Part shown: piece after piece, positions 1 through 12,471 of the stretch
Position numbering within the stretch: the first letter of the stretch is position 1
How the letters are laid out: every line of letters starts with the position of its first letter
Source of the DNA: Octopus bimaculoides
Lineage: Eukaryota
Assembly: GCF_001194135.2 (NCBI RefSeq)
Contig: NC_069007.1
Location: forward strand, 2,445,697-2,509,696
Length of the DNA stretch: 64,000 nucleotides
Direction: 5' to 3'
Made by a program: the position numbers and the translations under genes
The notes under the pieces: model-generated
The model's input: only the letters and a program-made list of their open reading frames with translations
Database searches by the model: none
Told to the model about the DNA's origin: nothing

Positions 1-10
1 ATATATATAT

Positions 11-60
<50 letters not shown>

Positions 61-825
61 GTTAAAGATAACGTTGATAGTCATCGAGGTATGAAAAGGC
101 AAGAATATACAACCACACAGTCATACGGTCTCTCACATAACGCTGTGATATGCGATGATCTACGTCGTTTCAGGTAAATTGCCACTGTGTGGTACGTTCC
201 ACATGCGTCTCCAACTTATTGCCTGAAATACTCCTGGCAAAGCAGTATTATATGTTGGGCAATTTTTATTTCAAATTTGGTATTCTAACATGGTGTTGTT
301 TAAATACATACAGCATAGATTAGATCCATTTTCAACCAAATAATTCTATAAATAAATAATTATCAACCGAAATATTATTGTAAGTTCCCCGGTGATATAA
401 GGAAAGAGAGATTATGTGATAAATATTCGACTATTTTAAATACGTTTTCTCGTTGTCTACAAATGTCGGAGAAACCAGCTTTGGTTTGCTTCTTGCGGAG
501 ACGTCACATATTAGATTAATGGCAATCGTCTACACATTTGGCCTACAAAATTGGATCTGCCTTGTGTCTCGTCTTAATGCAGGAAAATATCGATTGCTTT
601 CTAACATACGTATCGATTTCTAAGATTTCAAGTATAAAATATTGCATGTACAGGATGTTAATCTCAAAAGAAAATCGATCCCGCTTGTACCATATTAGCT
701 CTCAGCCATAGTTTCATGATTATGTCTGAATGATTGATAAACACGGGGAAAATATATTTCTTTAGAAAGAGCTATTTACATACTAAATGCTTTTTTCTTA
801 TGTTTGATTATGTGCGTGTGTGTGT

Positions 826-863
<38 letters not shown>

Positions 864-1021
864 AGAAAATCAAAGAGAGAGAGAGAGTAGGTGAGACAAA
901 GAGAGAGAGAGAGTAGGTGAGACAGAGAGAGAGAGAGAGTCTGTTCCATACACACACACACATACAAATCCGCAAATTTCTAATCTGAGCAAGCGATGGA
1001 TAGAAAATATAGCTTCGCTTC

Positions 1022-1060
<39 letters not shown>

Positions 1061-1525
1061 TATCTATATATGCGCGCGCGCGTGTGTGTCTGTATACACC
1101 TGCGTATACACACATGTACACAAATATGTATGTTACGTCTGTTTATCTATGTGCTGTAGAAACCCGCTTAGAAACTGCTTCTGCACCGCATTATATATTA
1201 TTTCTAGTTCCACTAATTCAAAGAAATTAACACACTGTCTTGTATTTCTTGTATGATAATCCAGTTAAAACGCAATCTTCATAATAAGTATATTATCTCA
1301 TTATATTTATCTGTTTTTCAACTTATTTATCTTCTCCCATCGTTCTTCTACAATATTCCATCATCCATCGCTCATTTTCTCACTGTTCCACTCTGTCCTT
1401 TTTTGGCAGCATTTTGAAATCCTTGCACAATATACCTGTCTTCTAGTTAAGTGCCTATAATGTTCTCCATTCGTTATTTTTGCTTCTAGTACTCTATTCC
1501 GAGCCAACTCAGCAGCATTGTCTTA

Positions 1526-1732
1526 GCACTCGGTCGCTTACGACGTCGAGGGTTCGAGTCGATCCGATCAACGGAACAGCCTGCTCGTGAAATTAACGTG
1601 CAAGTGGCTGAGCACTCCACAGACACCTGTACCCTTAACGTAGTTCTCGGGGATATTCAGCGTGACACAGAGTGTGACAAGGGTGGCCCTTTGAAATACA
1701 GGTACAACAGTAACTAGACACTCACAACGCCC
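1526..1732 (-). mobile_element. SINE family A, 3' half with internal deletion
   Basis: Matches the 33325-33724 copy (gcact..gtcgcttacgacgtcgag..gatccgatcaacggaacagcctgctcgtgaaattaacgtgcaagtggctgagcactcc..ggtacaacag), then jumps to acactcacaacgccc of the head region. Confidence 0.85.
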
Positions 1733-2163
1733 ACTCCTATAGATCTATCTATAGATAGATGACATCTGTTATTTGAATTTTAAAATGTAATGACATAGAG
1801 TTATATACAAATACAATTATATTTAGAATGGTTCCGCAGTTTTGCCAACAGTTTCCCTCGTCTAATTGCAAAATGTAAAGAATTGCGAAATGTTAATATT
1901 TGGAGTTTCTATGATCACGTTGGTTTGCTATTTGATTTCAGGAAACCGTATATAGTATTGATACTGAATCAGAATTAGAGTTAGAAACAAACAACGTGTA
2001 ATGCTATAATCTAGATGAATATAAGTACATAATTAAACAGAGAGTAGACGGAGGAAAGTAGAGAGAGAGATGGGGACGGGTATGATGCGTCAACAAAAAA
2101 ATGGATGACAGCCTCGAAAATGCGCTTGCAGTTTTTCATCATCATCATCCTCATCATTAATGA

Positions 2164-2399
2164 TTAGAGTCATTTCGTCCTTCTTTACGTTCTGAGTTCA
2201 AATCCCGCCAAGGTCGACTTTGCCTTTCATCTTTTTGGGGTCGATAAATTAAGTACTAGGGAAACACTGGAGTTGATCTAATCGACTACATCCCTCCCCC
2301 AAATTTCAGGCCTTGTGCGTATATTAGAAAGGATTATTATTGTTATTATTATTATTATTGTTATTATTATTGTTATTATTATTGTTATTACTATTATTT
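2164..2399 (+). mobile_element. SINE family B (5'-truncated) with (ATT)n tail
   Basis: ttctgagttcaaatcccgcc (B-box-like), gtcgactttgcctttcatc..ggggtcgataaattaagtac, cccccaaatttcaggccttgtg, then an (ATT/GTT)n tail; same layout as 20233-20447. Confidence 0.85.
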
Positions 2400-2932
2400 A
2401 GTGGGGTGTCTTTCAAACTTATCGTTTTCCAAGTTCGTGTTTGTATTCTATAATTAAGCGCATGTAACCTTAAACGCGTCTATGTGATCTCGTACATTGG
2501 TGATAAGACAGATATGTACGTCTGCCTCTAATATTGTTTGGCGTAGCTTTATTAATATTCCCTCTCTCTCTCTCTCTCTACCTCTCTCTTTCAGTCTTTC
2601 ACTTATTCCTTGATAGCGTCTTCTCTTGGGAATCCATTCCTTAGATCTGTAATGAAGTCACATGTATTCTGAACATCTGAGCACACTCTATTTCGAATTG
2701 CGTCTACAGATTTGAAATTTCGTCATTCTCTGAAGAGCTATTTAATTCGAAGCAGACTTAGTTATTTTGCTAAAAACCAATAAATCTGTTTAATATAATT
2801 ATTTTCTCAGCATTTATCCATATAATTCGTGTAGAAGCAGCTTTGGATTGTGGTCTCCTTGATCATTCAATGAAGAATTTGCGAAACACACGCACACAGA
2901 GACATATACACGCAAACACACGCAATATTCTC

Positions 2933-2986
<54 letters not shown>

Positions 2987-3792
2987 AAATATACAGACAC
3001 TTTATGTATATGCACGTATATTACACACATATACACGCACACACAGACACTCACACACACACACACACATGTATATATATTCACATAATATACATACACA
3101 TATTAGATATAAACGCACGTATTCATGCGCATATTTAATGAGTATATATATATATATATATATATTTATATGCATGTACATATACATATATATATATACG
3201 TTTACGTATATACATACATATATATATATATGTATGTATATATATACATATATATACATATATACACACACACATATACATATATGATATATAGGTGTAT
3301 GCGTAAAATGTGTATGTGTGTGGGTGCGTGCATGTATGTGAGTTTGTGTTAAATATATGTAAGCACACCTATCTATATATAACAAATATAGTGAGAGAAC
3401 AAGAAAGAACGAAAAGGGGAAGGAAAAGTATGGGAATATCTGTATATTTGTGTTTACCTGTGTGCGCACATGTGAGTGCGTGTATGTTTGTGTGTTCGTG
3501 AGAGTGTGTGTGTGTCTAAGTAGAATGTTGTAGAAACAAATATTTCAAAGAAAGAGAGCATTTAGAATTTTATAGAAGAACAAGACATCGTGAGTTTGGG
3601 AAAAGCTTTCTCTGCTCCACAGCGACTCCCTTGTATCATCAGGATGGAAGAAGCTCTCAAAGCAATTCTGTTTTTAAACTTCTAAGTTTATTTAAATTAG
3701 TTTAGTATGTGTGTGTGTGTGTGTGTACGTGTGCGTGCGTACGTGCCTGTATGTGTGTATATTTAAGTGTGTATGCGTGTGTGTGTGTATTT

Positions 3793-3839
<47 letters not shown>

Positions 3840-4525
3840 GATGAGCGTGTGTGCAACGTGGTGAGCGAATATATTGTTGCTTGGATTATTTTGAGGACGT
3901 GTGTGCAGTTTCGATTGGGAATGTTATTGGGCTATGTAAAGAATTGTATCGGATTTCCTGATTGAGAATAAATGTAATTCGCTTATTAACAATAAAGCGA
4001 AGATCGTTAGATTTAATTTGTTATTCAGTGAAGTTATATGTGGATGAGTGTCGTGGTATAACAATGAAGTAAGTCATGGATATTTGTTTTTGATAATAAC
4101 ATACATCGTCAGATCAAAATGAGGGCATACACGCACAAACACAAACACACATATATAAAGTCAGTCTTAACACCAATGTCATGTTAGAACACCAGATACT
4201 GCTTAATATGAACCTCTCATATAGGCACTTGTTGCACACACAGAGATCGTTGTAGAGGACAATGATCTGTGAATGGGCGCCGGAATTCATACATTACATA
4301 ATTTCAGTTTACGGATTATCAGGAGTGGGAGGGATCCGCTCGCCGTATATCAGAAAAATCTCGCTGCTACAATACATAGAAAAGCAGCGTCTCTTCCAGG
4401 CACAGATGTCAGCGTGTTGATGTCATCAAACGATATCCAACGATCATTGGATATTTCAACCCCCCGTGGAACGATAAAAAGGCGGGTCAGCAAAAGTGGC
4501 CCAATCGACGCTCATCATCACCTGA

Positions 4526-4656
4526 CGAGGTCGAAGTTACATTTCATAATGTCGGGGTCAATGAAAAAATGTACCAGTCAAGCGTTCGCATCGATGAAAT
4601 CGACATAGCCCCTCCCCCAAAATTGCTAGCCCTGTGACAAATTTTGAAACTATAAT
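4526..4656 (+). mobile_element. Degenerate SINE family B 3' part
   Basis: gaggtcga..tttcat..ggggtcaat..gtaccagt..tcgatgaaatcgac..cctcccccaaaattgctagccctgtg resembles the family B body and 3' end. Confidence 0.6.
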
Positions 4657-5211
4657 ATGTATAATTAGGAAAGGTAAATATACAAAATTCATTCTGATAA
4701 AAACGTTTAAAGATGAAAACCCACCCTTAAACACTTTCATGTAAAGCCATGCAAATTTCACACGCACATACGCACGCGCTCTCTATCTCGTTCTCCTGTT
4801 ATCTCTGTCTCTCCCCACCATATCACTCACTCTTTCTTTCTTTCTCTCTCTCCCTTTATTTCTTTTTCTCTTCCCTCCTTCGTATTTTTTTTTTTCTGTC
4901 TCAACATTTTTCACAAATGCATCCATTTACCGGAGAAGAAATTTTATATAAGATTGCCTGCTAAAAATGTACAACTTTGTGTTTATACTTCAGTTTTTTA
5001 AGTGGAAGATTTCCCTGGTAATAGAAAGATATAGGGAAGAATCTTGATTATTCAATCAAGAAGAATAAATTTAAAATAAGACACTTGTTCTCTTGTCAAG
5101 CTAATAGCTAAACAAATATTTATATTAAGTAGTTTGTTAGTTTTAGCAAAGTGAAACCTTTTTGAGCACCTGAAAGACCTACAATTAAAACAAATGTGTT
5201 CAGAACGAATA

Positions 5212-5271
<60 letters not shown>

Positions 5272-5493
5272 AAGTGATAGCTAGCTAGCTAGCTTACCAA
5301 GATAGACAGACAGACAGACAGACGGACGGACGGATGGATGGATGGATCATATTGTGTCATCAGATTTTAAATTATAGCAAATTCTTAAGTGCCATGTTAT
5401 TTAGTTCCATGGATGCCTGCTTTATCTAAAACAAATAAATCCTATTTAATGTATGCGTATGTGTGTGTGTGTGCGTATGTATATGCATGGATG

Positions 5494-5524
<31 letters not shown>

Positions 5525-6332
5525 TTATATAATATATATATATGTGTGTGTGTGTGTGTGTATAACTAGAAGAGCACTCGGAGAGTGCAGACCTCCGCCA
5601 AGCACCTCATTTCCACCCATATACACACGCATGCTGAAAATCGCCCAATTTGCCAAACCAACGACGGCAAATCCCATACGTATGTATGGGATTTGCCGTC
5701 ATCATCAACACTGTCTCTGCTTTCACCACAATCACCGACAAAAATACCATCACCACATTCAGTTTCTTTACGCAGTTGAAAATCCCTTATCCGATACTCA
5801 TGGGACCGAAATTGTTGCAGATTTTTGATTTTTCTAATTTCGGAGTGCTTTATCAAAAAAAAAAAAAAATTGCATCTACAAAATGGAACAGTTTGAGGAT
5901 AGAAACCAAGTCTAAACACAATAGCTTATAGACATACTCTGAATGTAGTTCCATATAAATCTTTAATAATCTTCTTTTTATATATACTTAAGACCATCAG
6001 AAATGTTAAGATATCAGCCTCTACCGGTAGCTAGCATGCGTAATGAAGACAATAGCCAGCATATTTTCATACATAAACGTGTACAAACCATTAAGTATTT
6101 ATACACAAAAGAGACGACCTTTGACAGGATACCACATTAAATGCTAGAAAAGGCAGTCAAATATAGTTGTTAGAAATAATTGCTAAAATGGCTCTAATGC
6201 TGTAGTGAAAGCATATAATTATACGTGCTTTGACTGCAGCATTTAACTCTTATTTCTTGCAATGTAGGTGTTTCTAATTACCTAACCACGTTTAATGACA
6301 ATTGTAATTTTCCTTTTGCGTATGTATTTGTT

Positions 6333-6371
<39 letters not shown>

Positions 6372-8218
6372 TTAGTATATTAAATGTATCATTAGGTTAT
6401 AGCATGAAGTTCTACAGATTCAATCATATTTAACATAAATGGAGGACATAAGTTGTTAAAGAATTGTAGTAAGTTTATTGATGCAGACGACCGTTTCGTA
6501 CAAAGAGATAAAAATTCATTTTCAGAATTTGGAATTATCAAAGTACCCATCAGTGCAGAAAAAATAAGAACTTTAAAAAGTGCTAAGTTGGATTTTGGAG
6601 TTTCATGTCTTTTTAATCCTATCCATGTGTAAAATCATGGGATTCATGCACATTTTTAAACCACAACTAACGGATGACGGTTAGGGATGATATGAATATA
6701 GAAATATAGATAACGTCTCTTTATGGATTAGTATAGATTAGCTAATTATAACTCCATATATAAAGCATAGAGCGAGTGAGGTGGAGAAAAGTCCAGTGAG
6801 AATACGGAACCTAATGTAAATTATATCTCACCGTTAAAAACAATACTTGGTACTTTTAAAATAAAAAAAAAAGGATGAGAAAAGTTTCGCATCAAATATT
6901 AGGCGTGAAAATCTTATAATAGAAAGTTTATGTAGTCAATGTGCCAAAATATAGGGGGAGAAGAAAAAAATTGATAGAATGTAGTGGAAAACCATTATGG
7001 ACTCTTATTTACTAAAAAGCCGTAGGTACAACATGAAATAAAAATAATGGAGAATATAAGAAAAAGTGGGAAATACGATAATAAATATGAAGATTAAGGT
7101 GATGTTATAATTACGAAGTCCACTGTTAAGGAAACTAAAAATAACATTTATAGAAAAGTAGTAAGAAAAAATATCGAAGACATAAGATGATAATTATTAG
7201 AGTGAAAAAAAGTCGAAATTATAATAGTGTAGGGGAGATAAATAAGATGAAGCAGTGAGATTTGTTTGGAAGTAGGAGAAAATGAAATGTTAAAAAATAT
7301 AGATGGAGGTTTAGAGAAAAACCTTAAATGCATATGGATAATGTTATACAAAAGAAAATTATAAAAAGTTTTGTCATATATAGTATTCTGTGCTAAGGTT
7401 TTTTGCGAGAAAAAGCGGGTACGACTATATATGTATGTAAAAAAAAATACGATATTGTACACGTGAATCAGACAGTAATAATTAACTGTAAATACCTGTC
7501 TGTCTATAAATATACGGAGTATGTACGGACAATAATGGACACAATTTTATCATACACCGAAAAATGCGATAATACAGGCGTGTACCTCATACACGAAATT
7601 AATAAGGAGATGCTATTATATAGAGAACCCATGTCGATGCATACAATATTAAAAGATATTCTTGAAATCTATAGTGGTGATGTAGGTGTAAATGTACATT
7701 ATTATAATGTAAAAATGCCAAAAATGTACATTGTTATAAATATGTATATAATGATAATATATACGTGAAAGATATTTAGGAGTATTATAAACATTTGAAA
7801 AAGTATAAAAATAAACAATAGAGGAATAAAAATAATAAATAAATGAGAAAATGAATGAATAAATTAAAAATAAATTTTAAAATTAAGAAAATAAACAACG
7901 AAAAATTGGTAATAAATGATAAATAAAAAATAATAGTTGTAAAAATAGTTTAAAATCCAGGTTGCTAAAAACAGTATCTATATATAAAAAATTAAATAAG
8001 AAAGGTAAAAAATAAAAATAAAATTTAATTAAATGGAAAGATGATAATGAGCATAGAGGGAGATCAAAGTCCAATACTTATGTCAGGTTAACTATGTGTA
8101 ATAATTATAGATTGGAATACTTCTGTAAGAGGTATTCGGCTACTTAAGAAGTATATGAAAACAATGAATAATTATATATATTATACAGGTAAAGTGCAAT
8201 GATATATTATGTCTATAA

Positions 8219-8570
8219 GGAAGCGCAATGTCCCAGTGGTTAGGTCAGCGGACTCGCGGTCGTGGGATGGCGTTTTCCATCCCCAGGTCTGGCGTCATGA
8301 GTGTTTATTGAGCAAAAGCACCTGAAGCTCTCCGTAGCTCCGTTAGGGGCCGTGGTGAACCCTGCTGTATTCTTTCACCACAACTTTCTCTCAGTCTTTT
8401 TCCTGTTTCTGTTGTACCTGTATTTCAAAGGGCCAGCCTTGTCACACACTGTACGTTAAGGGTACACGTGTCGGTGGAGTACTCAGCCACTCACACGTTA
8501 CTTTCACGAGCAGGCTGTTCGGTTAATCGGATGAACAGGAACCCTCGTCGTCGTAAGCAACGGAGTGCCA
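8219..8570 (+). mobile_element. SINE family A, near full length, diverged
   Basis: tRNA-like head gcgcaatgtcccagtggttaggtcagcggactcgcggtc, body colinear with 29982-30350 except a ~30 bp internal deletion, ends gtcgtaagcaacggagtgcca. Confidence 0.85.
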
Positions 8571-9023
8571 CGATTATATTTATAATTTCAGGGTAAAAAG
8601 TTTTATGTAAGGGTACATATACAAGTTACAATATTATAGAATAAGTGTAGATCATATATACACAGTAGAATATATGTATATACGCATATAGAGGTACACA
8701 TATACGTATAAACGTATAGATACACAAATATATGCGCATATATGTACATACTACTTACACATACATATACACGTACATATACGTACTTACACATGTATAT
8801 AAATATACATACATATACATATATACATATATATACATACATATTGTTGTTATTTTTTAGGATATTTCCTGTTTTCCTTTGCAAGGCGAGGGTTGTCACT
8901 CAGGTGCATCACATGTCCAACTGTACCGGATGTTGTTTCAATTGTACTTTCATGTTCAAAAATGTAGTTGAGTAAAGGTTTATGTATGTTGCTGTCTAGG
9001 TGTTTCTGAACCTCTACTGCATC

Positions 9024-9069
9024 GCAATCCGACGATGGTTTTAGGTGGTCGAAACTTCGAAGTAACTGT
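9024..9069 (+). ncRNA. Degenerate type I hammerhead-ribozyme-like motif
   Basis: Core ccgacga (U4>C), one extra nt, G-C closed wobble stem II, GAAA, palindromic stem III acttcgaagt, GUA site, stem I gcaat/actgt with one mismatch. Confidence 0.4.
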
Positions 9070-9117
9070 CAACAACATTCTTGCATAAGAATAATATATA
9101 TAACATTCTTACATAAG

Positions 9118-9153
<36 letters not shown>

Positions 9154-9796
9154 CACACCACACACGCACACGCACAATACACACATATATAAGCTATTTA
9201 TGTGTCCCATAATGCATGTGCATATTTGAGTATGTATTTCCATATATGTGCATTTGTGTTTATCTCAGTGTCTGTCCACTTGCTTGGGCAAGTGTGAATG
9301 TTAGTGCATGTGTGATGTGTGTGTGTGTTTGTGTGTTGTGTCCATGCGTTCATGTGTGTATGTTTCTGTGTTGAAAGCATAGCTGAAGTCAGTTCATAGC
9401 GTTTGTACATTAGCTTATTAAATTCTCTCTGTAACCCAATTCAATCTTGAAATTCGAGACTCTCATTTGAAGAAAGAACTGGCGAAATTTCTAACGTCTT
9501 ATATTACTTTCTTCGCAATTGTGCACAGATCAAACCGTCTGATTTGAAAGCCAAAAATATATTTCTAAATCATAACATTCAACTTGATATCATATTGTTT
9601 CTCTGTCACGACGGTTTATAGGCTGTATAATATATAGTTACATTAATATCAAACATAAACTTCGCTCAATCAATATCTCACTGAGCTATCTCTCGGGAAC
9701 TATTATTCATTGTAACCTTATATATAGCTACTGACCTGTACAATCAATTGGATGGGCTCAAAATTCTCTCATTGTATTGTTACTATTGTTGTTGCT

Positions 9797-9849
<53 letters not shown>

Positions 9850-9860
9850 TGTTGTTGTTG
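9797..9860. repeat. (GTA)n/(GTT)n microsatellite
   Basis: Direct reading. Confidence 0.95.
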
Positions 9861-9899
9861 CTATTGTATTTGTTGATGTTGCTATTGTTGTTGATTTTC

Positions 9900-10030
9900 T
9901 TTAGTTCCAAATCAGCCGTGACGGAGAAGACTAATGTACATCGACTTTTAAGCTATGATTCTCTCATCTTGTAACTCTTATACATTAAATCTCAGACGGC
10001 TTTACCCGTTGCGATCTTCTTTTCCTGATA
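9900..10030 (+). repeat. Interspersed repeat family D fragment
   Basis: Loosely similar by eye to segments at 18560-18700 (minus) and 60860-61165; class not determined. Confidence 0.35.
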
Positions 10031-10320
10031 AAATGTTAAAATGAAATCTGAGTGAGATTTCCTTTCTATTTCTAGTTTCTCAAGCGTCCACGCAGAGGCT
10101 CACACAACGGCTTAAGCTATCGAAATTCGATGTTGCTGTTGAGCACTTCGTCGAACTTCTACTGCAAACACTCATACCTTTTTTTTTTCCAGTTCTTGTA
10201 TACCTGGGAATACATTACCGTGTGTGTGTCATTATTTAGACTGCATATGAGGATTTGAGGGAGATTCGCCTATTGCTTTAACCTCGTTGTTGCAGCAATT
10301 TCGCAAATCTACGTGAAATT

Positions 10321-10589
10321 TATCTTTCGTATTTGTTTCAGCGATCAGACTCCGATCATGCTGGGGCATCACCTTGAATTACTTTTAGTCGAATAAATAG
10401 ATCATAGCACTTAGTTTTTTTTTTTTGTTTTTAAAGTCTGGTACTAATTCCATAGCTCTATTTTGCCAAACAGATTGATTACGGGAAAGTAAACACACTA
10501 ACACCGGTTGCCAAGCCTTAACGGAAGACAAACTCCGACACAAAGACACGTACGCGCGCACTCACACGCGCGCACACACACACAAACAA

Positions 10590-10667
<78 letters not shown>

Positions 10668-10816
10668 ATTCTTTTAGTTTCCGTCTACCAAATTCACTCA
10701 CAAGGTTCCAACCTGCCCGAATCGAAGACACTTTGCCAAGATGCAACCAGACTGCAAGACTGAACCCGGAACCATGTGATTGAAAAAAACATCTTGTCAC
10801 ACAGCCACGCCTGCCC
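10321..10816 (-). mobile_element. SINE family C, full-length, with internal (CA)n/(TA)n microsatellite
   Basis: Minus-strand head gggcaggcgtggctgtgtg..catggttccgggttcagtc, CORE-like cttggcaaagtgtcttc, gtagacggaaact, internal microsatellite, 3' part ending gctgaaacaaatacgaaagata. Confidence 0.8.
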
Positions 10817-10888
10817 CTATGGTATCATTTTTTCAAAATTTTTGTTAGCACGGCGCAGAAAGCCCTTCGAAAACATTTTGTTCATCTT

Positions 10889-10972
10889 AGGTTCTGAGTC
10901 GAAATTCGTCCGAGAAGGATTTTGCTTTTCATCCTTTCGAGTTCAAAGAAATGAGTACCAGTTGAGGCTACG
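10889..10972 (+). mobile_element. SINE family B central fragment
   Basis: gttctgagtcgaaattcgtccgag..tttgcttttcatcctttcgag..aaatgagtaccagttg. Confidence 0.65.
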
Positions 10973-11389
10973 CATCTATAGTAAGAAAAAATATATTCTG
11001 TATACTCTGGAGACATGCTAAATGATCTTTGCTGGGTTTGAACTCAGAACGTAAGGAGCAAAATATAAATACAGAATTACATGAGTCGTTATAAGGCTTG
11101 CACCGCCGCCACAACAGAGCATCTCATCGTTGAATGTCAACGCGTATATACATTAAGACTGCGCCGTTGATAATTTGTTGGAGCCATCTGGGAATCTTCA
11201 TTGTTTTATTCAGCTGTAGTGATGTGTCGTTGTATGTCAGTGGTGTGTCAGTGACACTCACCTCGCACACGGATACGGATACATTCTTCAACAATTAGAT
11301 GCAGCAACAACTTTAAAGAAATGAAACTATGCCGTCTTATTACCTAAGTTTTAAGAATGCCTTCAACTTGGCTTCAACGAGCTTCAAAA

Positions 11390-11600
11390 GATCCCTTGAG
11401 ATCGATTTCTTCGACTAAACCCTTCAATACGATGCCCATGCCCCAGTGTGGCCGCAGTCCAATCACTGACACAAATAAAAGATAGAAGAAACGACAATAA
11501 ATTCGCAATACTGGAGTCCTTGATTTCCTTGATTAAATACTTCAAGCTGATGTTCCAGCATGGTCGCAGTCAAATAGCTGAAAGAAGTAAGCGAAAAGAT
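11390..11600 (+). mobile_element. Two tandem 3' ends of SINE family C
   Basis: gatcgatttcttcgactaaacccttc..ggccgcagtccaatcactgacacaaataaaagata (11390-11484) and ttgattaaatacttcaag..tgttccagcatggtcgcagtcaaatagctgaaagaagtaa (11513-11600). Confidence 0.65.
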
Positions 11601-12205
11601 GATGGATATATGCGGCAAGGTCTGTCGCCCGAAAGATTCGCCCCACTCACCGCCTACAGTTTTCATTTTGTAGATTTAACATCTGATATACAATGTACTA
11701 CATAATAAATTATAGTCTTGCGAATACTGATAAGTAATTACTGTTTTATTTTGTTACGGTATTTTTCTGTCTTTTTGATGATTGGTTAAAATGAGGTTAT
11801 CACTTGGAGTTCACTGTGTGAGGCACATCTGTAATCACAACAGATAAGAGACTGCGAAATAGCAAGAACATTGTACTTTTTATGCTTCTTGGTTGAAACA
11901 CTTTTTTTCCCCCTTTTCCGTTCGTTATTAACGCCATGCTTATCGCTACTCCAATCACCGCCACCATCATACTAATGTGAATAACGGCATAACTTGTACT
12001 CGCTCCCTTCCTCCCTCCCTCCGTCATTACAGACCCTGCTACTATTGCGGAGGAGGAGCGCTGAGCAGTGATGAGTGAAACTGCAGTGTTATTACCGGTT
12101 CGAATATGTTTGATGCACTTTCGAACTGGGGAACAAGCTACACATTGCGTTTTGCCACGGAGAATATATCTCGCTTGTTGACAAACGGTGTGTAGACACT
12201 TAGAT

Positions 12206-12288
12206 CAGCTCGCAGCGCCATCTACCTAGAATGTGATGTTAAGATTTCGGAGTAGTTATCTCCACTGAGCAGAGGGCACTGCGAGCTG
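12206..12288. repeat. 83-bp element with 18-bp inverted arms carrying CTCF-like cores
   Basis: cagctcgcagcgccatct (12206-12223) vs agagggcactgcgagctg (12271-12288): 2 mismatches in 18. Confidence 0.7.
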
Positions 12289-12341
12289 AATTAAGAGATT
12301 ACCTCTCTTCTGCTTTTCCAGTCACCGTACAATGACTGGAG

Positions 12342-12386
12342 TGGATGCGCAATGGCGCGGTGGACTCGCGGTCATTGGATCGCGGT
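12342..12386 (+). mobile_element. SINE family A head fragment
   Basis: tggatgcgcaatggc..ggactcgcggtcattggatcgcggtt matches the family A head with a deletion. Confidence 0.6.
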
Positions 12387-12471
12387 TCCCCTTTCGATCA
12401 GCGACCCCTGAGAAAGTACCCGACGGATCGTATACCAATGCCACAATATATTACCAACTAGTCAACCTTTG

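Noticed and set aside
2728-2760. ctgaagag..tcgaagc hammerhead-like core
   Set aside because: Stem II does not pair, GAAA is altered and there is no stem III palindrome.
3640-3660. Minus-strand ctgatga followed by gaaa
   Set aside because: The intervening sequence cannot form stem II.
11800-12204. 135-codon minus-strand open frame with a hydrophobic stretch
   Set aside because: No recognisable domain, no convincing splice sites, and part of it crosses a (GGGA)n tract; a chance frame in GC-richer DNA is plausible.
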